Shown piece by piece: positions 37,268 through 50,700 of a DNA stretch of 64,000 nucleotides. The notes beneath the pieces are model-generated. The model was not told the DNA's origin and searched no databases. It was given only the letters and a program-made list of their open reading frames with translations. The translations under genes and the position numbers were made by a program. Numbering within the stretch: the first letter of the stretch is position 1; the number at the start of each line of letters is the position of its first letter. The DNA comes from Syncephalis fuscata S228 (Eukaryota > Fungi > Zoopagomycota): positions 379,509 to 443,508 of the forward strand of contig JAHLTZ010000024.1 in the NCBI GenBank assembly GCA_025786725.1, in the 5' to 3' direction.

Positions 37268-40200
37268 ATGACTGACCTTTTGGTAGACCAATCTCATCCA
37301 TCGGAGATCATGGTTAATTCCATGATGAATGAATTGGTCAATGTTACCATTAATGAACCAGTCGGTGGATCCACCCTCTCCAACATATCGTCGGATTACA
37401 AAATCATTAATGGCATTACTAATGCACAAGCAAAATTAGCTGACCAAGTGATTATACCGTTAAATATAGTATCTATTATCGGTGCTTTTGTTGTCATCTT
37501 CTGCATTGTGTATCTTCGTTGGCGCCATCGACGACTTGCCGATCGAGTCTCACTTCGACTCACCTTAGGCATTGCTATTGGTGACGCGCTTTTTTCGGTA
37601 TTCCAAGTAATAGGAGCACTTCACAGAAATGGCGACAACTGGTGGTGTGCCATATGTGGCTGGGGATACGTTGAGACAACGTTATTTTCCGTCTTTCTTA
37701 CTATGTGCATTGCCTTTAACTTGCACGCCGTATTTGTACATAATGCGCATCCTGGACCGTCCTGGGAGTCCTGGTACTTTGTAGCCGCCATTGTTGGATC
37801 AGTTGGTGCTTCTTTGGCACCGTGGATACTCGGTATTTTTGGCTACGATAGCACAGAACGCACGTGCTGGTTTCGAGGAGTTGGCACGAAAAATGTTTTA
37901 ATTTGGCAGTGGGTCAGTTTGTTCGGCTGGCTTGCTTTGGCCGTTGTCTATTGTGTGATTGCTGTTATTGCTGTAGCATGGAAGTTGGTACGCGAGCAAG
38001 CACTTGCACGAGAAGACGAAGACGAAGAGCAACGACTGAATGAACAATGCCAGCATCGCAGTTTATTACGTCGACAATTATCAAATATTGCAATTGACTC
38101 GGCACACCTAGATTTAACATTAGATTTGCACTGTAATCCAAATAAGCTGGAAAAAACATCTGCTCGAACATCTGGCCGTTCACCAGTATCAACTGTTGCG
38201 GATATGCTGGGAGATACATGGCGTCGTGTTGTTGTAGAAGTGTCCGAAGACAGTAATGGCACAAATATTACCATTCCAGTAGATAGAGGTATTAATTTTA
38301 CGCGTATTTATATACAACAATTAAAAATGTATCATTTTATTATAGGTATGGTAGGTACCCGACGAGATACTGGAAGAAATAGTGGGCATTGCAAAGAACG
38401 TTGTAGCAAAAGAAGCTTTAGCAACAATACAAGCCAACAAGATGAAGAAATTGTAGTCGTACAAGTGGCATCATCCGCTCTACGAGTACCATCAAGATTT
38501 CATTATCGGCATCGCTCACTTGCCTCGGATAATATGACATCTTCGTTATCACATAATGAATGTATAGGTATGGAATACGAGCACCAGCTGAAGCAAAAGT
38601 CGTTGAAAATGCACCAAATGATCCGACGTGCCGCCGGTCGTATTGTTCTATATCCACTTGTGCCAATTCTGACGCAAACACTTACAATTGCGTCAGAGAT
38701 AGACACTTACATTAATGGTCGAGTGCGATTTGGACTCTATCTGGCCTCTTATGCAGCAGCTTCCTGTCCTGGCCTATTAAATGCATTAGCCTTTATAGTA
38801 TTCGATCCGGCTGTGCACAATATTCTACGCGTTGTGCGAGAGGATCTACTTACACAATATCGCGCACGACGTGATAGCGGCCATCTGGGATGGAGTGGCC
38901 AAGTAGCTCTTTGGGCACTACATGGCGGCCAGGCCGGCGAAGTTGCCGAGGAACGCGCTCGTCGAAGATCTGCACGTTTATCGACGGATTTTATGCCATT
39001 TGGACTTTACCGAGATGAGCTTGAAGCGGCAGCTGAACGCAGTAGACAAGTTACTGGGACTGCCATAACATCACGTACATCTACAGCATCGGCACTGTCA
39101 AGTAATCCAGATGTCGTAGTGCACACCAGACGAGCAAGTGCAATAAGCGGTGAAACTGCGCAAGTCTACCGGTCATTAGCTCATCGGCGCTACCGCTCCT
39201 ATTCCGGCAGTAGTGCGACAAATGATTCAAGCTCATTTAGTCTCCAACAAGCCCATCGACAAAAGATTGGATTTGGTGTTCCAGTGGCAATTGTCAATGG
39301 CTCTGGACATCGAAAACAAACGAGCTCAGTATCAGCCCAATCTCGCGACCAGCTCATCAAAGGTCCAGTAATGCGTAAATCGTCAGGAAGTAGCTTAGGA
39401 AATACCAGTGCTCAAAGTAAGCCCGAACAAATAATTAGTGAGCCAAGCGCCACACCCGAGGAAGCTAGCAATAATGAAACAGATACCAGCTGGATTACAA
39501 CAACATACGGCTCTTCCTCGGGACAGCTACCAACCAGTAGATTCTCATGGCAGCCACCATCGCTAAATGACGCAAACAATCAATGTGCCGAGGCCGATGC
39601 AGAAGTAGAAGCAAGTGAACTTAACGACAAGGTGCCAGCCATGGTCTCGTTTAGTTCTATTTATACTCGGTCACGTCGCGGCTCTCGCATTTCTCTACCC
39701 ATGACATCGAGTGCATGGCGTGAAGTTGAACTGGCTTATAGTGACATATTTGCACCACTGTCTGCATCAAGCGTTCCAGTCCATGAAATACTTCGTCTTG
39801 CTCATTTGCACGTTCGTCGCTCAGCTAGCGATGGCAATATTTCAGCCAATATTCCTTCACGCAATAGTAGCTTTCAAATGGATGGCATTGCGCCTATATA
39901 CAACGTTTCTCAACAAACAGCCACTACCGCTTCATCATTTAACAGCTCAATGCTTCATGACCAATCGTTATCAAATGCTTATGCTCAAATGGCCACCGCG
40001 GCAGCTGCAGCTACTGTTAGTACACCACAACCGGCTCATTGCCAGAGCACAGACTCGGTCATTATTAATATTAATAATGAGCCGGCCGTTCTACCTGGTC
40101 ATCATCTATTCTCCGATATCTCAACTGTTGACGAAAGCCAATCCAGTCAAAGTCAGTACAGCACTAAAGACATCGACTGGCCCACTTCTAGCCTGCACAT

Positions 40201-40372
40201 CGCACCGCCCAACTACAATTCTATTTGTGTGCCGATTGACACAACTACCAACAACAAAAGTGGGTCGACATTAGAGTTTCTTTATTTAGATGAAGAACAT
40301 TATCTCGCGCTTAATGACGATGTACAGCCAGTACTTTCTGAAGAAACTTGTGAAATGCTTCGCTTGATGTAA
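37268..40372 (+). CDS. GPCR, cAMP-receptor-like/Git3-like, with long third loop and Ser-rich C-tail
   Basis: 1034-aa ORF with RVSLRLT, WWCAICGWGY, AFNLH, FGYD...TCWF, RIVLYPLVPILTQ and GLLNALAFIVFDP; probable in-frame 57-nt intron 38289-38345. Confidence 0.9.
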   Translation: MTDLLVDQSHPSEIMVNSMMNELVNVTINEPVGGSTLSNISSDYKIINGITNAQAKLADQVIIPLNIVSIIGAFVVIFCIVYLRWRHRRLADRVSLRLTLGIAIGDALFSVFQVIGALHRNGDNWWCAICGWGYVETTLFSVFLTMCIAFNLHAVFVHNAHPGPSWESWYFVAAIVGSVGASLAPWILGIFGYDSTERTCWFRGVGTKNVLIWQWVSLFGWLALAVVYCVIAVIAVAWKLVREQALAREDEDEEQRLNEQCQHRSLLRRQLSNIAIDSAHLDLTLDLHCNPNKLEKTSARTSGRSPVSTVADMLGDTWRRVVVEVSEDSNGTNITIPVDRGINFTRIYIQQLKMYHFIIGMVGTRRDTGRNSGHCKERCSKRSFSNNTSQQDEEIVVVQVASSALRVPSRFHYRHRSLASDNMTSSLSHNECIGMEYEHQLKQKSLKMHQMIRRAAGRIVLYPLVPILTQTLTIASEIDTYINGRVRFGLYLASYAAASCPGLLNALAFIVFDPAVHNILRVVREDLLTQYRARRDSGHLGWSGQVALWALHGGQAGEVAEERARRRSARLSTDFMPFGLYRDELEAAAERSRQVTGTAITSRTSTASALSSNPDVVVHTRRASAISGETAQVYRSLAHRRYRSYSGSSATNDSSSFSLQQAHRQKIGFGVPVAIVNGSGHRKQTSSVSAQSRDQLIKGPVMRKSSGSSLGNTSAQSKPEQIISEPSATPEEASNNETDTSWITTTYGSSSGQLPTSRFSWQPPSLNDANNQCAEADAEVEASELNDKVPAMVSFSSIYTRSRRGSRISLPMTSSAWREVELAYSDIFAPLSASSVPVHEILRLAHLHVRRSASDGNISANIPSRNSSFQMDGIAPIYNVSQQTATTASSFNSSMLHDQSLSNAYAQMATAAAAATVSTPQPAHCQSTDSVIININNEPAVLPGHHLFSDISTVDESQSSQSQYSTKDIDWPTSSLHIAPPNYNSICVPIDTTTNNKSGSTLEFLYLDEEHYLALNDDVQPVLSEETCEMLRLM

Positions 40373-40576
40373 CCTACGCCATTTTTACTTTTGTCTTTGC
40401 CGCGTTGTTGGTATTCAAATCTCTTTTTTATTTTCTTTATTGCTTCTAGCCTTCACGTCATGACTGCAACTGGCTACTTTATCACTCATACTGTACATTT
40501 CACTTAAACCATCAATACACATAATCTTTTATAAAAACACATAATCATTTCAACATATCGCTATTAATAGCACAAA

Positions 40577-40995
40577 TTATAGTAAATTTTGTATAAAATA
40601 TATTGGTTCTGTGTACACCATTGAGTCGCAAATTATGTTTACTACATCAAGCTCGGTCTTTACCAAGTAGCGAGTTAAGAAATACAATCGCCACGACCAA
40701 CCAGAATAGCATACGTGCTGAGGACTGATAAGCATCACGACTCTGATTCCACCATGGATCCGGCATCTATCAAGATTCAGCGTTAGATTAGTATTTTACA
40801 CGTATTCTGCACGATCTGCATATAATTTGCTTCATAACACACGACGCGTACCTTGAATACGGCTCGACGTCGCTCCTTCTCCTGCCAGCCATTTGGAAAT
40901 ATCAGATCACAATCTGCTACTTTAGACGGAATGCGCACGCCATGACTACGAGATATGCTCGTTACTCGGCCGGCAGTATGTGATTGTGAAGCCAT
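40577..40995 (-). CDS. Small single-pass membrane protein (~110 aa, 2 exons), unknown function
   Basis: Exon 1 ends ...RRRAVFK|GTACGC; branch CTAAC and GATAG acceptor; exon 2 MPDPWWNQSRDAYQSSARMLFWLVVAIVFLTRYLVK... is open to a stop at 40577. Confidence 0.55.
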
Positions 40996-41174
40996 ACTAT
41001 CTGTCGTATGAATGATGTGCTATGTTTGGAGATGCAATAAATGTACAAATTATGAGATCGCGCTCACTATCAGTGTAAATATTAACACAGTTTATAAATA
41101 CTTGAAATAAATGGACTTTATTAGATTAATTTCTAGTTTACATACAATTCAATAGTGCCATTCATTATTTACTC

Positions 41175-44100
41175 ATGTTGCCCGCTATTCAAGAGTGTTT
41201 ACGCGCTTCTTCTTTACTGAAACTACTATTACGTGCTCCTTTTATACTCGGCGACGACGCTCGCTATCAACGCGTACTAGAATTCCTCATTCAAGCAACG
41301 TGCAGCGCAGACACAAAATGCTTTATCTCAGAACAAGAGCTTATTGAATTTGCCTGTCAAGTAACTAGTTGCCTACTATAGAATAACATGGTATGCTTAC
41401 AGTATATCTAGGGGGTGGACTATGAAAAACATGCACATTTCCGTCTACTGGCACTGACTATAAGGCTAATTGCAAGTTGGATAAATACACGACAGAAAGA
41501 CTTTTTCCAAAAACTTCTTATCCAACATCCCACTGTTATACTGACTACTGTAGAGAATATCAGCCATTCAGATGCATTAGTTCGTATGACATGTATAGAG
41601 GCTTGGAACGAGTTGATAGTTGCAAATGAATGGGCTCAATCATGGTATGATACTATTTAATACAATGTAAAATACGCTAATAGTATACATATAGGTTTGC
41701 CTCATCGCATAAAGGGCCATATTTCGTAGCGCATACCTTGGAAGATTCAAGCACTTATGTAAATAAAAGTATTTGTAACCTAGTTAAATACTAACTTGAT
41801 GGATTTAATTAGGTCATGATAGATGGATGTCAATTTCTAACCAAAATCTTAATAGCTCCATCAAATCTTTCGCTTGATGTAATACGTGAACAAATTGTTA
41901 ATGAACTTGATTTACTTGATGCACTCTCATGTTATTTGTATGATGAAGGAGAAGACGGCGATGCACAGGCACTTGTAGCGTTAGAGTTTCTATGGACTAT
42001 TAATCAAACTAAAAGTCCAAAAGCGTATTTATTTTTACTGGAGTCGCAACTGGTAAGTTTACTTCAATAACTCCATACCGTATATAACAACAAAAAATAC
42101 AGTTATTTCGATATAAAAAGTTACTATTACATCCAAGTAAAATGGTACGAACAAAAATAATGGATATTCTAGAACAAGGAATACGTTGGTGGCCGGAACC
42201 ACATAGTGTTTTAGGCATAGAAAGTAAGTGGAGTCCATACCTTCTAAACTATATTTATTCGTTGTATAGCATGTTTTGTCACTACTTTTGACAATATTAG
42301 TGCAAATACATTTTTATTTGGCAAGGAGATACAGGCTGGATTAAAAGGAGAGCACGATGCAATAGATTGGTATGACGCAGCACGACTTGCTATGTTAGCT
42401 TGTCGGTACTATCAGCCAGTCAGTGGCAGTGAAGATTTATGGCAATGCTTTTATACGGTGTTTTGGCGTTCACTGTCGATAAACATTTCAGACACTAATG
42501 AAACGAGTAATAGCGTTGTATTTTCGGGACTAAAATCTTATGAATCCTGGCTATCCACTGTGGTGAGCCATGTAAGTACAATAAATGGCCATATTATTAT
42601 AGTTATGTAATTGATGAAATAGCTATCGGATCGGCAACCAGCACTAGGAGAGCAAAGATGTATTGACTGGGCACTGGCTAAATCATCAGCCATTATATGT
42701 CAACAATGGATCATGGAATTCACTATACCGCATGAAAAAGTTAGTATAATTAATTAATTAAATTATTCAATATATTGACAGTTTATTTAGCTAAAAGCCG
42801 CATTAAATTGCTTTATAAATACAGCTGTAAAGTCGTTTGATTTAGATCAATATCAAACAACGCAGATTATCGCTCGGTCTATTGCTGCACATATTGAAAA
42901 GATTGGTTTAACAGATACACTCAATTATTCGGTAGGTGTATATAAATGAAATTTAGCATTATTAATGTCATTCATAGCTGAACAAGCTTTTGAATAAACT
43001 GTTAGGCGTACAAGCCATAAAGCATCAAAAACTATTATGTGGTCTACAGTGCACCTTCCAGCTATATAAGCATCCATCTATTTTGTTACCGGTATGGATA
43101 ATGCTAGTAATACGCTGTGTCATTAATTAATTAATTAATTAAATAATAGTATGTGGACTGTAGAGTAGTAGCATTATGTGCATTAGCGGCCATAAGCATG
43201 CCGATATACGGGAAATGAGTTTACGCGTTGTGAAGAATATACTAAATGGGGTACATATACATAACAATGATAATAGCTGATTACTAATGCAATAAAAAAG
43301 ATGACAGAGCAACATGCAAAAGCAATAACTGTTGGGACGTGGCAAAACATCGAACAGGCGCTGACTATCGCTCTATCAGATGATGAAACGGCGGTTATAT
43401 TGGCTTCTATGGATATTGTTAAGGTAGCGAAATATTAGATTATTATATAGACCATTTGCTAATAGCTGTAATAGACATACACAGTATTGCACTATCAGCT
43501 ACATGGCCATACATGGTCGTTGGTTAAAACTTTACTGCCATCGTTGCTAAGCATCATGAGCCGTCTGTCCGACGATTGGCGCTGTCAACGACAATATCTA
43601 TTTGGCATAATGAGTCATTGACAGCTGATCAAAACAGCATTTTGACTGTTATTACGTAAGTAGTAGTGTCAAAATGATTATCACTACTAAAATGATCGAA
43701 TAGTACAAATGATATAGAATTGTTGATTGGTGACGATGAGTGGGAGACACGATTGATGACATGTCATTTGCTTGAACAACTATGGCAGGCAGCGTCGAAC
43801 ACCACACCATCCATCCATCAGTTACTATTTTATCGATGGACAGCAGATCAGTGGTTATTGCAAGCAGTCAGTAATTAGAATATCATCTCTATATTTACTA
43901 ATACTGGCATAGGTAACCGATAATACGCTATCAGTACGGCGTGAGGCTATACGTATTTTACATCAAATAGCACGGCAAATAAACGATGCGGAGCAAGAAA
44001 CAATAGTGGACTTGAATAGCATCAGAGTATTAAAGCGGTTAAAAAGCGTCGCTTGCCTATCGATAATGATAATAAAGATGAGGATAGGTAGGCTATAACG

Positions 44101-44257
44101 CTTTGAAAAATCGATTATGGAGCTAAATTGGGCACGGTTAGAGGATGCAACTATATCCTTATCAGATACAAGTTTGCTACTAGAAGAGCTGGGCCTAACA
44201 AGCACTAACGAGGACGACTGGATGCCAGCAGCGCCATTAGTAGACGATTGCTTTTAA
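41175..44257 (+). CDS. BRAT1: BRAT1-like HEAT/ARM-repeat protein (many short exons)
   Basis: N-terminal LGDDARYQRVLEFL resembles BRAT1 VADDTCLEKLLDWF; HEAT-like DDEWETR; C-terminus ...SLLLEELG...LVDDCF* resembles BRAT1 ...SLLQDML...ADCY*. Recognised from remembered motifs only. Confidence 0.6.
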
Positions 44258-46387
44258 ATTGTTTATTCTAATAACTACTATAAATGATGAAATGAAAAAT
44301 AATTTTAATACAGAAATGCAGCTATGTTGAGTGTTAAAGCAATAAAGACTGAAAATATAGATTGTTGGAACTGTAGTGATACATTACACTAATAAACAAC
44401 GCTTATTATACGATTCATTGTGTGTGCTTAACAACTTTCATTAATAAAAAGTAGCAATGCTACCTAATAATCAGTTATATACCAAGCGTACTTTATGCAT
44501 TGTGTGCGTTCAATAAATTGTAACAATAGTGAGTAAATGGCATTGTATATTAATTAGTCATATATTAGCATCATGCTATACAATGTTTGCACCAATAAAT
44601 TATACTAATAGGTTGTAAGTGGTATTGTATATCGACTCATTGTATATTAATTAATATGTGCTATGTGTGTCTAATGATTTATATCAATAGATCATAAGTA
44701 ATATGTACTAATTAGTCATACACCACTTGTATATTGTTTATTATGTACATTTAATAAATACAAATGCGCTGAGTTACTTATCAAGGTAGATTGATATAGC
44801 TGTAGCGATATTATTGTCAAATCATAATGCAGTGTGCGGACAGTGTAACTATACCTGTTGATGTCATAGTTGACTGTACTTATCTGCATGTCCTAAATAA
44901 TATTAATGTCATTATCATAATAAACCCAGCGTGATTCTACATTAGTATTATTATAACAATAGCCGTCAATCTTTAATAACCAAGCAGCACATTTAGCTGA
45001 TATTTAAATGTAAGCTAGAACTAAACAGCTTCCTTTCTTAAAGAGTGTCATTTCTTTGTTGATATAACATAAAATGCTTTAACCATATTTATAATTTTAT
45101 AATTTAACATATAATACTAATTAAAAAGGGATTTTAAATAAATAGATCGTTTTAGTTTTATTTATTAAATACACTGTTTTAAAAAAACCTACCGCAATGT
45201 CTAGCAAGCTATTTAAATAACCTATATTTAACAGTATCAAAAAACCAAAAGCTATCATTGACGAGTCTAGACTTGTTAACGATTGCAATTTAAAAGAAAA
45301 ACAGTAGCTTAAAAAATTTATCTTATCTGTCCTCACAAAAACAATTCCAACAACAAATGTCAATTTGTTTTGACCGCAAAAAAGCAAAAAACTGGTCTAG
45401 TAAAATTTTCCAATGCAATATTAAACATTTTAATGGTTGTTTATAATTATGCTAATAATACTATTGAATATATCAATAAATATATTACAATGATATTGCT
45501 ACATTTTTAATTGTAAAATCAAAAGATGTACAAGTAAAAGCATTAAGTAAATATTTAATTATTTAATATACACTAATAATTGTAATAGCTTAATATGTGT
45601 TATTATATTTTATTAAAAAACTTGATCTGCTTTTGATTCAATAAAAAAAAGGCATTGGTACAACACCATCAATAAAATGATGTAGCATTAACCAAGTAAC
45701 CAAAGGAAGGAAAGGAAGGAAAAGAAGTAGAAGTAGCTTAATCAAATGTTTTACTATTAATTTAATTAAAAAATTATTAATATTAAATAAAATTAACTTA
45801 TAATAATGACTTAAATTGGCATATTTATAATGAATGCTGTAAATGTATAAATTTTGATAATAAACTAAATAATTAGATTATAAAATTCAATTTATTATTA
45901 TTTGAGTAATAATATTATGTATTTACAACACTATTAAATAACAAAAGTTACAAAGCTAAAATCCCTGACGGGAAAAAATTGCCTGATGGGAAAAAAGCTA
46001 GTTACAATAGATGCAACAATTTAATTTAAAATTTGCTTATTTACGTAATTTAGTTAATTGTAGCAATATTAACAGCAATGCTAATCTATTTTAATTGTTA
46101 AAAGACTTTCAACAATATATTTGTAATAAATACATTTTTTAAAAAATACAATACAAAAATATGCACTGTAAAAATAAAAGCCAAATTACAAATATTTATA
46201 TTTGTCTTAGTGTGTATGGTATTAATCAAACAGTTCAAACTGCATCTACTAGCTTAGATACAAAGTTATTTAATTGGATAATATATATAATATTTATTTA
46301 TGAACAATGAAACAAACGGTAATATTGAAAATAATATTTTGCTATTTTTTAATACTAATAATATTGTTAAAAGGCTGTACTATTTGT

Positions 46388-47752
46388 TTAAACAACAACC
46401 ATAGTATATCGCGGCTCTAGCATTGCGTCAAAGCCATAGGCAATCCCGCCCTGCATAAAGCAGGCCAGTACAAGTCCGGCGCTGACCTGCGAAACTATAT
46501 CTTGAAAACGGGTGAAAAATGCCAAAATCAAAAATATTTGCCAATGGTGAATATGAACATTTAGTCCATCAAGTAAGCGCTCTGTTGGATCCATTACATT
46601 CTCTTCTAATATACCAACAGCATCATCGGGCTCTTTCTGCCTGCAAAATGCCTCTGTAGGCGGCAAATTTTCAGGTATGTTTGGATTATTCTGGCCATTG
46701 TTGCTACCGGATGATGTGCGGCGCTGATTAACAGTGGAAGCAGAATCAACAATGGCTGTGGTAAACACTTTAGATGCACCGTCTATATCCATATTATTTG
46801 TCCTGTGTCCAGTTCATCAGAATGGCGTGTTTTGAAATTATGACTAGCAGTTTGCGAATTTGTAGATGCACCTGATAATTGCTTTGCATTGGCGTTGGTG
46901 CATCTTCAGCTTTATTTGCCGGAGTAGCTGATCTAGTATTGTTCGTTTTGCTGTGCTTAGCGTCTTCAATATCATTGTAGCTCATGCCACTATCAATGGG
47001 CTGTATCAATGCGGTAGCCTTTGCATTCAAGCCAGATGGTGCCGTAGGTGGTGCACTAATATCATTGGGACTGTTATAGCCGTTGTTGGCCAATGATTTT
47101 TCCTGTTGTCGCCGAGTTCGTAGTCGAACAATACGTCTTTGTGACCACCACGCACTATCTATTCTAGCTAGCAATACACCCACCAACAATACAAGCCATG
47201 CCAGAATAAATAAGCTGATGTACCATGGCCAGAAAATATCCAAATGTATTGCTACTACAATGTGGTAGGCAGTTAGAGCAAGTATTACTGCCAGTGCTGA
47301 TAGCATCACCGCCCAGACACGCCATTCCCAAATACGCCAGCCAGGCAGACTGACTCGAAGAAATGGGACCTCTACCAGCATACCGTAGGCCCATAGGCCC
47401 AGATAAAAGCCACCACCATGACCCAATTGAAGGTGTGCGAGTACCCGCCAAACGTAAATAAAATTAGCGTATAGGCAAGTGCCTGCGTAATATCCGAATA
47501 GTGGTCTGCAGCACACTTTGGTTTGTGCTCCCAGCGCCGCCACTGTATCCAAATATAATAAAGCGTATATGGAGCAAGTACCATAACCAGTGTGAATATT
47601 ACATATGTATATGGGTCAAAACTAGCCAACGCTAGCGGTATATCTTCGCGATAACAAGCGTTAGGAAAGTCGTTCTGTGGCTGTTTACTATTAACAAGAA
47701 TATCTAGTTTGCGCGCCATTAGTCTTGCTTGTCTTTCTGATATTACTGGCAT
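46388..47752 (-). CDS. Multi-pass membrane protein with HIHHWQIF motif, unknown function
   Basis: Three consecutive ORF pieces (47372-47752, 46794-47552, 46388-46792) with many TM helices and the C-terminal motif HIHHWQIFLILAFFTRF; joined by frameshifts. Confidence 0.7.
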
Positions 47753-50700
47753 GATATTAAGATAGCAGTGGTAATGAGAAAAGAAAGCAAGATAAAATAC
47801 GAAAGGGGTCGCTGTTAATAACTAGTATGGTATCACGAGGGGGAGAGAACTAAAAGAGCGATTATACGAGTAAAGTGGCGGTCAAACAAGAAATAAGGAG
47901 CTATCAAACAGCGACGACTGCAGTTGCTAGCATGAGAGAAAAGCAAAATGCCATATTCTCAGTGAGCGTAGTCACGTTGCACAGCAGCAGCATGCTGAAA
48001 TATACAAACAGTACAGCTAAATATAGCTATGCTTTACACCGTAATTTCTAGAAGCTATAAAATAGCTATTAATTTAAGCAATAATGGCAGCCTATTTCTT
48101 TATAACATATGTAATTTATTTATTTTAATTAAGCGACTGAACTGAACTGGTAATAGGACAGCTTGGCTTGTATTTTAAAATAGTTTTAACTTGGCCAAGC
48201 TTAAACTTATTTAATGTAGACTACTAATTTTTTGCATACGATTTAATTTGAATATTACATATGTAGCTTTGATGGTGTTGATTACAGTATTACTACAGAT
48301 ACATACCAATAATCTGATCATGTGATTTTTAGGCTTCTATTGCCATAAATGGTAATAGTAATTAATTATCTGTATATAGTCACGTGATTTATTTACATGC
48401 ATACTATCTATTATCAAGCATACAGTATAATGCCCAGTTCAACATACTTGGCAGCAATCGACATAGTCGGTTATTTGTATTATACTAATAGTTAAAATAT
48501 TGTGCGTGTGCTGATTTACTTGAAATAAATATTACTTATATTTATCGTTAAAGGGGAAATAGACAATAAGCCCAAACTTTTTTTACAACTATTCCTTACT
48601 ACAGCCCACTAGTATAGAATGACACTACTATTTTATTCCTGCTAAATATTATTATTTAATGTATCTTATTTATTTTAATTTATTACAAATGTTATCTAAT
48701 TACAATCATTAAACTAGCGTAATTGTTAATTACTAAAGTCACTATTGTCTTTACAATATCATAACTGACCATCATATCTAAGGCAAGTGTTGTTTATTAG
48801 CATTTATCATTAAATAAACAAGTACGAAAAATAACTATGTAAGAAATTAAACGACGGATTAAAGGGTGCAAATGATTTATTAATGATTCATGTTTTGTTA
48901 GCTATTGTATAGCTTATTTCCATCAAATATAATACAACTATCTAATGTCTGCTCAAATTGTTTAGTTTATTTACAACAAATGCAATGCTAAACTAAATGT
49001 GTATTTGGCTTAATTTACTGGTTTCATTATAGTATCAAGATAGTTAAAGTTTAAGCATATTGGCATATTCAACTGTATACTTGGTTGGTTTGACAATTGA
49101 AACGCAATAATACGACGCAGAACAAAACAATCAGCCAGTGATTTTTCCATTTTCATGTCATTTACTTTGTCAAACAGTGTTGATACAAGACTCTCCGTTG
49201 TTATGTTTTACATTATTTCATGACTTTGTTCCAGTATATCCGTTGTAAATACTAGACTAAATCAAATTTATTATGATGTATTGCAGCTATGGAAAACATA
49301 CTGTAACTATTAAATTATAATCAAGTGTAGTATCCAAATTAATAAAATATTAGTTGCTAAACAAATGTAATTAATTGGTATCAGCTATAAATAGCAGCAA
49401 ATAATTTCAGATTTAATAAATTCGTACAAATATGAAATATACTGAATAGCACATTGTTATCATTCACACACTATTTTTAAATATATCGATTACTACATGT
49501 ACGTAATAAACAGAGTTCTAATAAACTAAATATTACTATGGTATATACGATTATAAATCTGCTATGTTTTAGCTAGATCTATAAAAAACACAAATAGTTG
49601 GCAGTTTTATCTTTAAGCCATTAATGTTTCAAGCCTCAGCCATTATAGCTGGGTTGTTTTATTTTGAATTAATATATTACTCATATTATCAGTATAATAT
49701 ATTTTCGAATATAAAACTTGCTGAAGTGGCTAAACTACTGTGAATATCATGTATCAATAATTAAAAGCCCCCATTATTTGAGTAGTAATCTATTTTGGTA
49801 TACAATATACTATATATGTAAAAATAGTATTGCCGAGGTATTGGCCTTGTGTGATCCCTTTTTGGATTTTATCGCTTAAACAGCATGATCAGCCTTTTCA
49901 AGCTTGGAGGATTAGTTTGACCAAAGTAGTTTTTAGCAAACGTATTTACATTTTCAAATGGTGTGAAAAGACTGTAGATACAGATAAATATTTACACATA
50001 GACCATTTATTACCCATACTAACAGATATTAAGCAAAATAAATAGCCAATTACTTGCCTGAAAGCGAGAGAATTGTATTACAACTCCGCTTAAAGACAAT
50101 GGGCAGAGCTTGTTAACTCAATTTATTGGACAGATTATGCGGTATTTTTGCGACTATTGCGCTGATGTTCATTCTCCGTTAAGATTTATAATAGCCACTA
50201 GAATGACAAGCGCCATTATCGCACGTTCTACTTGTTGCGTAAATCACTTCGCCTGGCTTTTGTCACTCTACTAATATCAAACGTGTACGAGGTTGTTGAA
50301 ACACGGCGTTAATAAGGGCGCTACCACTCATTGTGTGCGTGTGCAAGTTTGAAAATACCGCCATTTATATATCACTAGCCTTATTACGTTCACTAATCCT
50401 GTTCACTTATCCTCTCTTTCTTTTTAACTAGTAGACAACGTCGCTATTGTTGTTATGACTATTGTCGTACGATTTCTATGCTAAATTCTTGTTAAGCACC
50501 TTATTTTCTCTACTGCGCTCTTTTCAAATCACTCATTTGACTAAGCTTAAGATTATTGCTGGCCAATAATTGCTTTATTTTAACTTTCAGCTTAGCATCT
50601 CTCACTCACTCACTCACTTCTATTCTTTTTCACCTTTCGTTGGTTCGCCTTTATCGATTCATCGTTCTAGCACAGTGCGTGGCACCCCTTTCTTCTCATT

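Noticed and set aside
45960-46000. Short direct repeat cctgaYgggaaaaaa x2 (and the 15-bp duplication at ~12925-12955)
   Set aside because: Only two units, with no array or spacer structure; not CRISPR-like and of no evident function.
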